A stretch of DNA of 38,762 nt from Polyangiaceae bacterium (GTDB lineage Bacteria > Myxococcota_A > Polyangia > Polyangiales > Polyangiaceae), in the NCBI GenBank assembly GCA_044376115.1, contig JBILLK010000048.1, positions 1 through 38,762 on the forward strand, in the 5' to 3' direction. This document shows, one piece after another, positions 9,208-18,926 of the stretch (positions within the stretch are counted from its first letter, which is position 1; each line of letters begins with the position of its first letter). The notes beneath the pieces were generated by a model that had not been told where the DNA came from, made no database searches, and saw nothing but the letters and a program-made list of their open reading frames with translations. Both the position numbers and the translations under genes were made by a program.

Positions 9208-9723
9208 ATGACCAAGGCACTGCTGTTGATCGACCTTCAAAATGATTACTTCCCCGGAGGAGCGTTTCCGCTCTGGCATGCGGAGGAGACGCTCTCCAAC
9301 GTTGAAGCCGCGATCGAGCAAGCGACGGCGAAGGGAGTGAAGATCATCCATATTCAGCACCTCGCCGATCCCAAGCTCGGGCTCTCGCCCTTCTTCAACG
9401 AGGGAACGCCCGGAGCAGAGATCCATGCGCGCGTGCGCGCGGCCGCGCCCGACGCGCCGATCGTGGTGAAGGCGTTCGCCGACTCCTTCCATGAGACGAC
9501 GCTGGAAGCGACCTTGCGCGACCTCGACGTAAGGGAGCTGCTCGTCGCCGGCATGATGACCCAGAACTGCGTCACGCACACCGCGATCTCCAAAGCCGCG
9601 GAGAAGTACGACGTGACGATCTTGGTCGACTGCTGCACGACCGTCAGTGAGATGCTCCATCTCATCGCCCTTCATGCGGTCTCGACCCGCGTGAAGCTCG
9701 CGCCCGCGGGTAGCGCAATCTGA
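9208..9723 (+). CDS. Isochorismatase/cysteine hydrolase family protein
   Basis: ALLLIDLQNDYF, KAFADSF and GMMTQNCV catalytic motifs; divergent from the AraC regulator. Confidence 0.92.
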   Translation: MTKALLLIDLQNDYFPGGAFPLWHAEETLSNVEAAIEQATAKGVKIIHIQHLADPKLGLSPFFNEGTPGAEIHARVRAAAPDAPIVVKAFADSFHETTLEATLRDLDVRELLVAGMMTQNCVTHTAISKAAEKYDVTILVDCCTTVSEMLHLIALHAVSTRVKLAPAGSAI

Positions 9724-9742
9724 GCGCGCACGCCTAGCCGCG

Positions 9743-10639
9743 TCAGTTCGACTCGAGCTTGAGCGCACGTTGGAGGGCGTCGTCGTTCAAGAGCGTGGTG
9801 ATCTGCGTCGCTACGTCCGGCCCAGCGAGCATCGGGTGGTCGCGGAAGAGCCAGGGCGTGCGCTCTTCGTAGATGACGTCGAGCGTGCGTGCGCGCTGAG
9901 GGACGTCCTCACGCACCCGTCGCACGTGGGCCGCCGTGAACTTCAGGCTGCGCGGGTCGACCCAGCCGGCGGCGATGAAGCCCTTCGTCTTCTTCTCGCA
10001 GCGACACGGGTTCGACGGGTTCATCAGACCGCATTTGTCCTGCATGAACGCCGACAAGTCCGCGCGCGCTCGCTCGAGCCGCTTGCGGAACGCAGGCGCG
10101 GTGAGGTCGAGGATCTCGGCGGCGAGTGGCGACGGGCACTCGAAGATTTCGCCGAGCACGAAGGCCAAACGCTGCTCGCGATCGAGGCAGAGCAACATGC
10201 CGAACATGCAGCCGAGCTTGGCCTCCTCGACAAGCAACGTGCGCTCCGCCGAAGGAGGCTCCTCGAGCTCCTCGAGGGCGAGCTTGTCCAGCTCTTCGCC
10301 GTAGCCGCGGAAGCTCGTAATGACGCCTTCGAGACGACCGCGCTTGGCGTCGAGGAAGCAGTTCATCACGATGCGGTAGGCCCACGTGCGGAAGCTCGAG
10401 CGACCCTCGTATTGCCCGATGCGGGTGATCACCCGCAGCAGCGCTTCCTGCGCCACGTCGGCGGCGTCAGCGGGGCTGAGCATCATGCGCACGGCGATCG
10501 CGTAGACCCAGCGCTGGTGCTTGCGCACGAGCGTCTCGAGCGCCGCTCGGTCGCCCGCTGCCGCGGCCAGCGCGAGACGCATGTCGCCGCGATCGGCTTC
10601 GTCTGCGGCGCGAAACGGATTTTCGGTCGGTTCGGTCAT
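9743..10639 (-). CDS. ECF sigma factor with Cys-rich C-terminal extension
   Basis: Region 2 (DAADVAQEALL, FRTWAYRI), region 4 (FRKRLERAR), extension CGLMNPSNPCRC. Confidence 0.9.
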   Translation of the reverse strand: MTEPTENPFRAADEADRGDMRLALAAAAGDRAALETLVRKHQRWVYAIAVRMMLSPADAADVAQEALLRVITRIGQYEGRSSFRTWAYRIVMNCFLDAKRGRLEGVITSFRGYGEELDKLALEELEEPPSAERTLLVEEAKLGCMFGMLLCLDREQRLAFVLGEIFECPSPLAAEILDLTAPAFRKRLERARADLSAFMQDKCGLMNPSNPCRCEKKTKGFIAAGWVDPRSLKFTAAHVRRVREDVPQRARTLDVIYEERTPWLFRDHPMLAGPDVATQITTLLNDDALQRALKLESN

Positions 10640-10660
10640 GAGCGTCTCCTTCGTGCATGC

Positions 10661-11272
10661 CTACCCGAGTACCGAGAAGAGCTCGAACACCTTTATCTCG
10701 CCGATCCCCGGAAAGAACGCAGCGAGGTCGCCGCGCGCCTCGAGAGCGGCGACAGCCCGCTTGTGCGCCTCCACGTCCTCCCAGCCGATCAGATCGGCGA
10801 ACTGGCTCGGGTCCTCGACCTGACGTGCAGCCGCGCCGCCCCGGTGACCGGCAAGGGTCGGCAGCGCGTCGTGCACCCGACCGTGAACGTCGAGGTGCAC
10901 GGCAACATCGCGCACCGCGTACGCGGCCACCTCGACCAGCGGTGCCCGACGAAGCTCAGCGAGCAGCGCCGCTGTATCCACGCCCAGCTGATAGTGCGCG
11001 TACAGCTTGAGCTCCGCGATGCTGCTCATGAGTTCGGAGAAGCGCGGATCTTCGCGCACCGTGTTCGAGGCGTGCTGCGCGGCCTCGAGCGAATCCCACG
11101 CGACGACATCGGCGAACACCCCGTCGCTCATGCCACGAAGGCGCAGGCTCGCGCGTTGCCCCCCGAGGGTTGCGACAGCGTCGTGGGTCCGATGCTGAAT
11201 CGCTGGGAACGCGTCCGGTGCGCGAACCGTGAAGACGGCGATCTCGAGAACTGACGTGGGCTGGGTCGACAT
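10661..11272 (-). CDS. Hypothetical protein with two ABM-like (dimeric alpha-beta barrel) repeats
   Basis: Internal duplication: LEIAVF..FADVVAWDSLEAAQHA vs VEVAAY..FADLIGWEDVEAHKRA; AAGGA RBS. Confidence 0.65.
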   Translation of the reverse strand: MSTQPTSVLEIAVFTVRAPDAFPAIQHRTHDAVATLGGQRASLRLRGMSDGVFADVVAWDSLEAAQHASNTVREDPRFSELMSSIAELKLYAHYQLGVDTAALLAELRRAPLVEVAAYAVRDVAVHLDVHGRVHDALPTLAGHRGGAAARQVEDPSQFADLIGWEDVEAHKRAVAALEARGDLAAFFPGIGEIKVFELFSVLG

Positions 11273-11341
11273 GTGGATGGTCCTTTCGCTCGAGCGGCAG
11301 GCGGGTCGACGTGACCACGACCTCGGCTCGTTCGGACCTTG

Positions 11342-11367
11342 GACGCCAGCGCCCGAGGGGGTGTGAC
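11342..11367 (-). promoter_or_regulatory. Putative ECF promoter GTCACA-N16-CGTC
   Basis: Minus strand GTCACA CCCCCTCGGGCGCTGG CGTC, 70 bp upstream of the operon that encodes the ECF factor. Confidence 0.45.
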
Positions 11368-11433
11368 TGCGGCGAAGAACTTTTCTCTCGCCTCCCCGCT
11401 CCTCGTCGTCTCCCCGCTCCTCGTCGCACTACC

Positions 11434-11643
11434 GAGCGACATTCCCGGGCGCGATACCGTATCCCCCCGCTCAATGTCGCTACCGCGAGCGAAGCTGCGC
11501 GCGCGTCGCCCTCAAAGCGCGCCGAAAGCGCGGCGGCCCCCGCGTACCGATCGACCAAAACGCCCAAACCGCCGCCCACCGCGCGCCGACGGAGCGACAT
11601 TCGCGCGAGCGATAAACCATCGCCAGGCCCAATGTCGCTCGGG
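11434..11643. repeat. Repeat family A, copy 2 (two GAGCGACATT-N29-AATGTCGCT units)
   Basis: Inverted-repeat units at 11434-11482 and 11592-11640, both with 29-nt spacers. Confidence 0.8.
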
Positions 11644-11697
11644 CCCCAAGTCGGCGTTCATCAATCGCCGTTGGCTGAAATCGACCCAAAGCTCCGC

Positions 11698-12084
11698 TCA
11701 ACGCGAGTTCACTCTGGCGTTTCTTTGCAACGCGAGCCGCGTCACCGTGCCGCTGAGGAGCGCGAGCACGGGCTGGAGCAGCCCGAGGAACCACCAGAAG
11801 TTAAAGCCAGTAAAGCGGAGCCCAACAGCGAAGCCCGTGAAACCGGCCAGCACCGGCAGCACCACGCGCGCAACAGAAGACCGAGGAGGAGCGGCCCAGG
11901 CCACATAGACCACGCCAGTCACAAGCGGACTCACGTAGCCAAACACCAACAGGCTCGCCACCGCCCCCAGCCGCAGCCAAGAGCTCGCATCGTTCGCATC
12001 GCCGTGGAGCCCCAGCACGCCAGTGACCCCGCCCAACACGGCGAGGGCACACGTCAACACGATGGGTCGCAGCGAGGCACGCAC
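11698..12084 (-). CDS. Hypothetical membrane protein (about 4 TM)
   Basis: Four hydrophobic segments; GGAG(G) immediately upstream of the start region. Confidence 0.5.
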   Translation of the reverse strand: MRASLRPIVLTCALAVLGGVTGVLGLHGDANDASSWLRLGAVASLLVFGYVSPLVTGVVYVAWAAPPRSSVARVVLPVLAGFTGFAVGLRFTGFNFWWFLGLLQPVLALLSGTVTRLALQRNARVNSR

Positions 12085-12144
12085 CTCCGAACGCTAGCAC
12101 GCGAGCGACAAGCGTCCGTTACGCGCCAGTCGCTGGGCACGCAG

Positions 12145-14313
12145 TCACGGCTCGCTCGTCGGCCCCGCCTCGCCCGTCATGTCCGGTCCGACCGACTCGA
12201 GCAGGCAGGCCGAGAGCACGCCGAAGTCGAGCGAGTAGACGAATCCGCGCGGGCTGAGGCTCGCGGGGAGGGCGGCGCCGTCGAGGCTGAGGTCGCCGCC
12301 CTCGGCTTCCCACGCGGCGTAGACGGCGTCGTTCTGCAGGGCCGCAGCGCGCAGATCGGAGACCCACTCGGGCGCCGCGTCGGTCGGCGACCAGCCGGGG
12401 AGCAGGTTGGCGAGCATCTCGCGGCGGAGCGCCGTGACCTTCGCCTCGTCGACAATGGCCACGTTGAGCTCTCCCTCGTAGACGATGCCGCGGTTGTTCT
12501 TGTTCGCGGAGCCGATGCTGGCGAAGACGTCGTCGACGATCAGCACCTTCGAGTGCACGTCGATGTCCACGAAGCGCGACTCCGTCTCTTCGAAGCCCCA
12601 GGTCTCGACGGTGTCGAACGCGCGGAGCTGCAGCGTCGTGTACCGGCCCGGAAAGGTCGACTTGAACAGCTCGTCAGCGAGGTAGGTCTGCGCGCAGCCG
12701 GGATCGGTCCACTCGTTGACCGGCTTGGTGATGACGACGAGCTCGAGATCCGGCATCTCCTCCATCCGCTCGACGATGGCCTCGTTGAGCATGGGCACCC
12801 GGAAGTACTGATCCTCGATCAGGATGAAGCGCTCGGCGTTCCGCACCGCGTTGAACCAGGTCTCGGCGATGGCGTGCTCCCAGAACGGCTCGGGGAGCGT
12901 CGCGGTCACCTGCACCTGCACGCCGCCGTTGCGAGGGGCGATCTCGCGCTGGACCTCGAACGAAGAGGCGTTCTCCGAGTACTCGACGCCGAGCTCGCGC
13001 GTGTGATCCCAGCGGCGCTTGAAGATGTCCGCCGCGTCCTGCGCCGAGGGGCCCTCGACCCGGACGAAGTAGTCCTTGCGCGGCCCCGTCTCGCTGTCGG
13101 CCTCCTTGAACGAGACGGCTTCGCGCTCGCTGGCCGTGGCGTCGAAGCCCATCCGCCGTGCGTCGAAGACGCGGTGCTCCGACGTGTCCCAGTCCGCAGC
13201 CTTGACGTTCATCCCGCCGATGTACGTGACCTCGTGGTCGATGACGGAGAACTTTTGGTGGTACGAGGCAGCCTGGACCTCGAGGTCGATCGGCCACTCG
13301 GTGAGGTCGACCTGCCGCGAGGGCACGGTCGACTCGATCGCGAGCTCGCCGGCGTCGAACTCCGTGCCCGCGAGGTCCGGACGTGAGGCGAGCCGATCCA
13401 CGAAGGAGAACGGCGCGACCTCGAAGAGGAAGGTCCCTTCGGTCTCGTTCGCCTGGCCCATGAACTCGATGCCGTCGGCGGCCTGGTCGGCGTAGGCGAG
13501 CAGATCGCTGTCGACGTTCACGCTGGAGAGGATGCCGTCTTGCCCCCAGAACTGACCGACCAGCACGCGCACAGTCGCCGAATTCGACTCGAGCGTACCG
13601 AGCATCGTGTTCTTCCAGCGGGCGGACGGCGTGAGATCCATGTGCGTCGACGGGTCGCGCACGAGCTCGAAGTCCGACTCCCACCACCAGCTGGCCGCGA
13701 GGACCTCGCTCGTCGCAGCCTGCATGTCCGCGTGGACGGACTTCCAAGCGCGCTCGCCGTCGAGGTAGACGTCGACTCGGTTGCCACGGCGAGCCGGTCG
13801 GCCCTGGGCCGAGAACCAGCGGTGGCGAAGACCGAGGAACACCCGGTGCACGACCACCTCGCGCCCCTCGACCGTCTCGACCGCGTGGGTCATCGCGGCC
13901 CCGTGTCCCTGCTCCACCGAGCCGATCACGGCGGCGCGGAGGCTCTCGGTCCCGTCGAAGTCGACGCGGACCTCGAGCTCCTCGTGGTGCGGCGCTGCGA
14001 GCTTCACGACGAAGGTGCCCGCCGAGTCGAGGTAGATGCGGCCGGGAGAGAACCCGTCGACGCCGATCGCGTCGCCCACCGTGAGCGAGGCGCCGTCGGC
14101 CGGGAGCGGTTGGCCCCAGAGGTCCATCGGGACCAGCTCGAGGACGGCCTTGGCCTTGTCGGGGGTGGTCGTCTCCGGATCGGGGACCGGCGCCTCCGGA
14201 TCCTCCTCATCGATCTCCTGCGTCTGGAGCCCTTCCTGAACGGGGCTGCACGCAGAGACGGACGTGGCTGCGGCGAGGAGGAAGGTCAAGGCGGTGAGCC
14301 GGCGGAGCGTCAT
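12145..14313 (-). CDS. Phospholipase D family lipoprotein
   Basis: Two HKD motifs (HQKFSVID, HSKVLIVD..GSAN), IEDQYF, lipobox VSAC; start at ATG 14313 preferred. Confidence 0.9.
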   Translation of the reverse strand: MTLRRLTALTFLLAAATSVSACSPVQEGLQTQEIDEEDPEAPVPDPETTTPDKAKAVLELVPMDLWGQPLPADGASLTVGDAIGVDGFSPGRIYLDSAGTFVVKLAAPHHEELEVRVDFDGTESLRAAVIGSVEQGHGAAMTHAVETVEGREVVVHRVFLGLRHRWFSAQGRPARRGNRVDVYLDGERAWKSVHADMQAATSEVLAASWWWESDFELVRDPSTHMDLTPSARWKNTMLGTLESNSATVRVLVGQFWGQDGILSSVNVDSDLLAYADQAADGIEFMGQANETEGTFLFEVAPFSFVDRLASRPDLAGTEFDAGELAIESTVPSRQVDLTEWPIDLEVQAASYHQKFSVIDHEVTYIGGMNVKAADWDTSEHRVFDARRMGFDATASEREAVSFKEADSETGPRKDYFVRVEGPSAQDAADIFKRRWDHTRELGVEYSENASSFEVQREIAPRNGGVQVQVTATLPEPFWEHAIAETWFNAVRNAERFILIEDQYFRVPMLNEAIVERMEEMPDLELVVITKPVNEWTDPGCAQTYLADELFKSTFPGRYTTLQLRAFDTVETWGFEETESRFVDIDVHSKVLIVDDVFASIGSANKNNRGIVYEGELNVAIVDEAKVTALRREMLANLLPGWSPTDAAPEWVSDLRAAALQNDAVYAAWEAEGGDLSLDGAALPASLSPRGFVYSLDFGVLSACLLESVGPDMTGEAGPTSEP

Positions 14314-14598
14314 GCGCGGCCCTGAGCACAACCCATGCCATCACCCTACAACGGCAAACAATGTAGGACATGGTAGTTATAGATATGCATATATGGATAA
14401 CGAGTAGCCCACTGGATCTTCTGTGAATCAGGTACTACCCACCGCGTCGCACCGCGCAAGGCGAAGCGATGAGGCGCGACCGACGTGCGCTTTGCCGTCT
14501 GTGACGTCGCGATTCGCACGGCAAGCGGCTGCAGAAGTGCCCGTACCGCACTCGGGTTGACATTGCAGAGCCTCAAGCGCGAGCATGAGCCGCTGTAC

Positions 14599-15033
14599 AT
14601 GAAACTCAATCTTCGAGTGGGGGCGCTCGTGGTCGGCCTGGCTCTCGCAGCCTGCGGCGACGACACGGGCACGGCGGGCAGCGGCAACAGTGCTGGCTCT
14701 AGCGCTGGAGGCAGCGGCGCCGGCGGAGCCGGTGGCGTTGGCGGAACCGGTGGCGTTGGCGGAACCGGCGGCGTTGGCGGAACCGGTGGCGTTGGCGGAA
14801 GCGGTGGCGTTGGCGGAACCGGTGGCGTTGGCGGAACCGGTGGCGCCGGCGGAGGGCAGAGCAACTTCGGTCCGCCCGCGAGTGAGTTCGTGGGCGCTGG
14901 GCAGACCAGCACGAGCACGAATTACAAGATGGTCTACACGCTTGGTCAGCCGACGCCGAATCAGTCGACCGCGACGTCTCAAAACTACCGCCTCCAAGGC
15001 GGGATCATTGGAGCTACGGGGAGTTTGCCATGA
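14599..15033 (+). CDS. Gly-rich lipoprotein
   Basis: [19 protein letters not shown] lipobox, (GGVGGT)x6 linker, small C-terminal domain; ATGA overlap with the next gene. Confidence 0.8.
   Translation: MKLNLRVGALVVGLALAACGDDTGTAGSGNSAGSSAGGSGAGGAGGVGGTGGVGGTGGVGGTGGVGGSGGVGGTGGVGGTGGAGGGQSNFGPPASEFVGAGQTSTSTNYKMVYTLGQPTPNQSTATSQNYRLQGGIIGATGSLP
14731..14838 (+). repeat. 18-bp coding tandem repeat, six copies (GGVGGT)
   Basis: ggtggcgttggcggaacc units from 14731. Confidence 0.9.
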
Positions 15034-16040
15034 AGATTTTTCGTTCGATTGGGCCTTTGGCGTTCGCGGGCGCTGCGATCTGCGCCCTCTCGTTTGCAAG
15101 TGTCGCCGAGGCGCAGGTGCCAGGTGGGTTGACCCATCAAGGGCGGCTCTACGATGCAGCAGACGCGCCAATCACCGGGTCCGTGACGCTGAAGTTCTCG
15201 ATTTACGACGCCGACACAGCGGGAACCGAGCTGTGGACAGAGACGCACACGGTCACGTTCGATGACGGGTACTACTCCGTTGCCCTCGGCGAGACCACGC
15301 CGCTCGAGCCGACGCTAACCCTTGGGCAAGACCTCTTTCTTGGCGTGACGGTTGGGAGTGACCCTGAGCTGACGCCGCGCGCCGCGGTCCGGAGCGTGCC
15401 CTACGCACTCGTTGCGGGGGACGTGCGGGGAGACATCAACCCGGACACCGTGTCGATCAACGGGACGGTGGTGATCGATGGTGCGGGCAACTGGGTGGGC
15501 TCGCCTGTCGGGTTGCAGGGTCCGGCGGGTCCGACGGGTCCGACGGGTCCGGCGGGCGCAGTCGGTCCTGCTGGGCCGGCCGGGCCACAGGGTCCTGTGG
15601 GCCCCACGGGAGCACAAGGCCCGCAAGGCGCACAAGGCATTCAGGGTCCGGCGGGTCCGGCGGGTCCGGCAGGCCCTGCGGGTCCGACGAGCGTGGCCAC
15701 CTGCCCGAACCCCGGGCTCGGGACGACGACGTTCGTCAACCTGGCGCGCTCGAACCTGTGCGTCTACAACGACACGTTCACCACCTCGTGGAACAGTGGG
15801 CAAGGCTTCTGCAACAACCTCTTCAACGGCGCAAAGATGTGCACGCATCAGCAGCTCAGGCAGGCCTGCAACGCGAGCAGCCTGACCCTCACCACTAGTC
15901 GCTGGATGGCCGATCGTGTGGGAGACGACCTTGCGCTCGTCACCAACGGCACCGACTGCAACAACTTCGACGGTGTCGCAAGTGCAACCGGCGCGACGGC
16001 CGCCGGGACCTACTGCTGCCTGGAGTGGATGGACTACTGA
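15030..16040 (+). CDS. Secreted collagen-like protein with Cys-rich C-terminal domain
   Basis: Signal peptide (AEA), [15 protein letters not shown]-domain, about 20 Gly-X-Y triplets, C-terminal domain with 8 Cys. Confidence 0.85.
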   Translation: MKIFRSIGPLAFAGAAICALSFASVAEAQVPGGLTHQGRLYDAADAPITGSVTLKFSIYDADTAGTELWTETHTVTFDDGYYSVALGETTPLEPTLTLGQDLFLGVTVGSDPELTPRAAVRSVPYALVAGDVRGDINPDTVSINGTVVIDGAGNWVGSPVGLQGPAGPTGPTGPAGAVGPAGPAGPQGPVGPTGAQGPQGAQGIQGPAGPAGPAGPAGPTSVATCPNPGLGTTTFVNLARSNLCVYNDTFTTSWNSGQGFCNNLFNGAKMCTHQQLRQACNASSLTLTTSRWMADRVGDDLALVTNGTDCNNFDGVASATGATAAGTYCCLEWMDY

Positions 16041-16053
16041 TGGGTTCGCGAGC

Positions 16054-16566
16054 ATGAGCGAGGCCTCACGCTCGATGGCTTTGCCCGCGTCGATCGTGGT
16101 CGGCGCGGGCATCGTCGCGCTAGGGCTCTACCTTGGCGTGCGCGAGCGTGGAGGCCCGGCGCCGAGCGCCCCGACGGCGCCGAGCACTGCGAGTGCAGCG
16201 CCCACCCCAGGGCCGGTCCCTGTGCCGGCACGTGTTCCGACAGCGGCGCAGGTGTCGACGTCAGCGGCGCTGCCACCTTCGGTGTTTGAGGTGCGAGCCG
16301 CCGCCACCAAGGAAGTCGACGGATGGATCGGCGCCAGGAAGAAGGCTCTGGCGGCGAAGTGCTGGCCATCGAACGCCGGCGCGAGCCAGAAAATTCGCAT
16401 CCGATTCCTCTTTGACGCGACGGGACGCGCCTCTGCCGTGATTGCTGAGCAGACCGCGGAGTCGCGGAAAGACGTCATTGCATGTCTCGAACGTGAGCTG
16501 GCGGACGCCAAGGTCACGGCGCTGCCGGAGCCGCTCGGCGTGCAAGTCGAGCTCACGCTACCGTGA
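16054..16566 (+). CDS. Membrane-anchored hypothetical protein (TM, Pro-rich linker, TonB-C-like domain)
   Basis: N-terminal TM, PAPSAPT linker, C-terminal domain with two Cys (KCW..VIACL). Confidence 0.6.
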   Translation: MSEASRSMALPASIVVGAGIVALGLYLGVRERGGPAPSAPTAPSTASAAPTPGPVPVPARVPTAAQVSTSAALPPSVFEVRAAATKEVDGWIGARKKALAAKCWPSNAGASQKIRIRFLFDATGRASAVIAEQTAESRKDVIACLERELADAKVTALPEPLGVQVELTLP

Positions 16567-16648
16567 CCTCGGCATCGAGCCTCCGCTGCGAAACCGACGC
16601 TGTCCTCGCCGATGCTGCGAGAGACCTTTCTCGACTTGGGCCATACAG

Positions 16649-17257
16649 TCAGAAGGCGGCGGCGATCTGCGCCTCGGCCCGCGCGACGGCGGCGGGCGCG
16701 TCCCAGGCGACGCCCTCGGCGCGCAGGACGGTCACCTCGGGGATGCCGAAGAACACCATCATGTGGCGCAGATAGGGGGCGAGGAAATCCTCCACCGCCT
16801 GCGGGCCCGACGTGTAGATGCCGCCGGTGGCTAGAAGGAACACCGCAGAGCGCGCATGGGCCAGACCGCGGCGCACGCCGCCCTCGTAGGTGAAGGTCAC
16901 GCCGGGGCGCGCGACGTGATCGATCCAAGCCTTGAGCGTGGTCGGCACCGTGTAGTTGTGGATGGGCGTTGCCACGATCAGCGTGTCGGCCGACTGGAAC
17001 TCTGCGGTCAGCTGGTCCGACAGCTCGAGCTCGCGCGCCTGCTCCGCCGTCCGCGCCTCAGGCGGCAGGAACATCGCGGTAATGAAGTCGGCGCTTAGAT
17101 GCGGCAGCGCGTTCTCCGGCAAGGTCAGGTCGCGCACCGTCAGGGTTTCGTCGGGGAACTTGGCCTTGCGGCGGGCAAGGTAGTTGTCGAGCATATTGCG
17201 CGAGACGGAGGTAGCGCCGTTCGGGCTGCAGATCAGAACGAGAGCGTGTGCCATCAT
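16649..17257 (-). CDS. azoR: FMN-dependent NADH-azoreductase
   Basis: SPNGATSVS, PIHNYTVPTTLKAWIDHVARPGVTFTY and GGIY motifs. Confidence 0.9.
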   Translation of the reverse strand: MMAHALVLICSPNGATSVSRNMLDNYLARRKAKFPDETLTVRDLTLPENALPHLSADFITAMFLPPEARTAEQARELELSDQLTAEFQSADTLIVATPIHNYTVPTTLKAWIDHVARPGVTFTYEGGVRRGLAHARSAVFLLATGGIYTSGPQAVEDFLAPYLRHMMVFFGIPEVTVLRAEGVAWDAPAAVARAEAQIAAAF

Positions 17258-17330
17258 CGTTTCCTTTGGTTGGGGTCAGCGGCAAATCAGCCGTCACGGG
17301 TAGATGCGCGAGCGACGCTCTTTTCGACAC
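17258..17330 (-). promoter_or_regulatory. Duplicated promoter/leader, copy 1 (TGTCGA-N17-CATCTA), upstream of azoR
   Basis: Close match to 18927-18999; -35 at 17324-17329 and -10 at 17301-17306, inside the 3' end of the sigma gene. Confidence 0.7.
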
Positions 17331-18555
17331 GCCCCGCAGCGGTCGCTTCGAGATAGCTGCGAAGGCGTGGGCTTCGCGTAAGCGCGATCGCTTTGGTCAT
17401 CGCGTCGCGGGCGCCCGCAAGGTCGCCGCTGCGCCTGCATGCGTGCGACACGACGACCCAATAGGGGGCGTACTCGGCGACGCGAGCGGCGTCGACGCGA
17501 GCGAGCAATGCCTGGGCGTCGACCTCGCGATCGAGCTCGACGAGAACGGCGGCGTGCGCAACCGCGCTTGCGACGGTGGGCCAGGTCGCGTTGAGCGTCG
17601 CGTACAAGAACTCGATAGCTGTCCACGGCGTTTGTCCGGAGAAGAGGCGCTGGCAGTGAGCGGACTGAATGGCCGCCTCGAGTTGAAAAGGGCCAGGCAC
17701 CCGAAAGGCGGCGGCGCGCAAGAGAACGGCGTTGGCGTCGAGGATCGCGGCTCGGTCCCAACGCGCAACGTCTTGTTCGGCGAGCGGAACGAAGCTGCCA
17801 TCCAGCGCCTTACCTGCCGCTCGGCGCGCCTGGCTCAGACGCAAGAGGGCGTAGAGCCCGAGCGCTTCGGGGTCGTTGGGGGCAAGCTCAGTGAGCACGC
17901 GGGCGAGGTAGACCGCCTCTTCGGCAAGTGACTCCACGCCAGGCTCGACCTCGGGGCCATCGTGGTCCACGGCGAAGGCGGCGTAGATCGCTTCAACCAC
18001 CGCGGCCATGCGCCCGAGCCGCTCGGCGGGCTCCGGTTCGTCGAAGGGAAGGCCAGCATCGCGGATTTTCTGTTTCGCGCGAACGAGGCGTTGGCTCATC
18101 GCCGCCGGCGTGACCAGAAAAGCGCGCGCGATACGCGCTGCATCGAGCCCGAGAACGGCTTGCAGCATGAGCGGCGTACGAACCGCTTCATCGATGGCCG
18201 GGTGTGCGCACACGAGCAGCAAGCGGAGGCGCAGATCGCCTTTCTCGGAGGGTTGCTCCGACAGTTCGACCAGCGCCTGCTCGAGCGCGCCGAGGACGCG
18301 CGGATTCGACGCCATCGTGCGGTGGCGTGCGCCTTGCCGGAGTTGGTTCTTCGCCACGGTCAGCAGCCACGCGTCGGGCGAGGCAGGAACGCCCGTCTCC
18401 GGCCACCGCGCGAGCGCCTCTGCAAACGCATCGCCGAGTGCATCTTCCGCCGCCGCGACATCGCGGAAGCGTACGGACAGCGCAGCAACGAGCCGCCCAT
18501 ACGCTTCGCGTGCAACGCGAGCAGCCGCAGAGGTTGCGTCCTCGGCCACCTTCAC
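17287..18555 (-). CDS. ECF42-like sigma factor with long C-terminal (TPR-like) extension
   Basis: AEDALGDAF, LLVCAHPAI, AMSQRLVRAKQKIR, FVPLAEQD..WD and GPFQLEAAI motifs; preceded by a DGPF/YciI gene. Confidence 0.88.
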   Translation of the reverse strand: MKVAEDATSAAARVAREAYGRLVAALSVRFRDVAAAEDALGDAFAEALARWPETGVPASPDAWLLTVAKNQLRQGARHRTMASNPRVLGALEQALVELSEQPSEKGDLRLRLLLVCAHPAIDEAVRTPLMLQAVLGLDAARIARAFLVTPAAMSQRLVRAKQKIRDAGLPFDEPEPAERLGRMAAVVEAIYAAFAVDHDGPEVEPGVESLAEEAVYLARVLTELAPNDPEALGLYALLRLSQARRAAGKALDGSFVPLAEQDVARWDRAAILDANAVLLRAAAFRVPGPFQLEAAIQSAHCQRLFSGQTPWTAIEFLYATLNATWPTVASAVAHAAVLVELDREVDAQALLARVDAARVAEYAPYWVVVSHACRRSGDLAGARDAMTKAIALTRSPRLRSYLEATAAGRVEKSVARASTRDG

Positions 18556-18559
18556 CGAC

Positions 18560-18922
18560 TCAACCTTTCGGCGGCGGAGGAAGAACCGGGCGCACTTCGA
18601 CGCTCCCGCGGCTCACACAAGGCGCCTTCGCGGCCCATTGAAGCGCGATATCGAGATCGGGCACGTCGATGATGAAGTAGCCGGCCAAGTGTTCTTTCGT
18701 GTCGGGGTGGGGCCCGTCTTGCACGTGCCGCTTCCCTCCTTCGATGCGGAGCGTGGTCGCCGTGTGCGGCGGTCGAAGAGCGTTGCCGCTCTTCACGACG
18801 CCCGACGCGTAGAGCTCCTCAACGTAGGCTTGCCACGCACCCCAATAGGCGGGCGCCTCCTTCGGGTTATCTTTACGGGTCACCTCCTTCGTCGTCTCGA
18901 AGTGAACCAGCATGTATTCCAT
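18560..18922 (-). CDS. YciI/DGPF-family protein
   Basis: ATTLR..VQDGPHPDTKEHLAGYFII..GSVEVRPV. Confidence 0.9.
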   Translation of the reverse strand: MEYMLVHFETTKEVTRKDNPKEAPAYWGAWQAYVEELYASGVVKSGNALRPPHTATTLRIEGGKRHVQDGPHPDTKEHLAGYFIIDVPDLDIALQWAAKAPCVSRGSVEVRPVLPPPPKG

Positions 18923-18926
18923 GAGC

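Noticed and set aside
11311..13386. 691-aa plus-strand ORF
   Set aside because: Antisense shadow of the PLD gene in high-GC DNA, running through non-coding repeats; no motifs
14346..14918. Pro-rich (PPVPPT)n minus-strand ORF
   Set aside because: Reverse complement of the GGVGGT linker of the plus-strand lipoprotein
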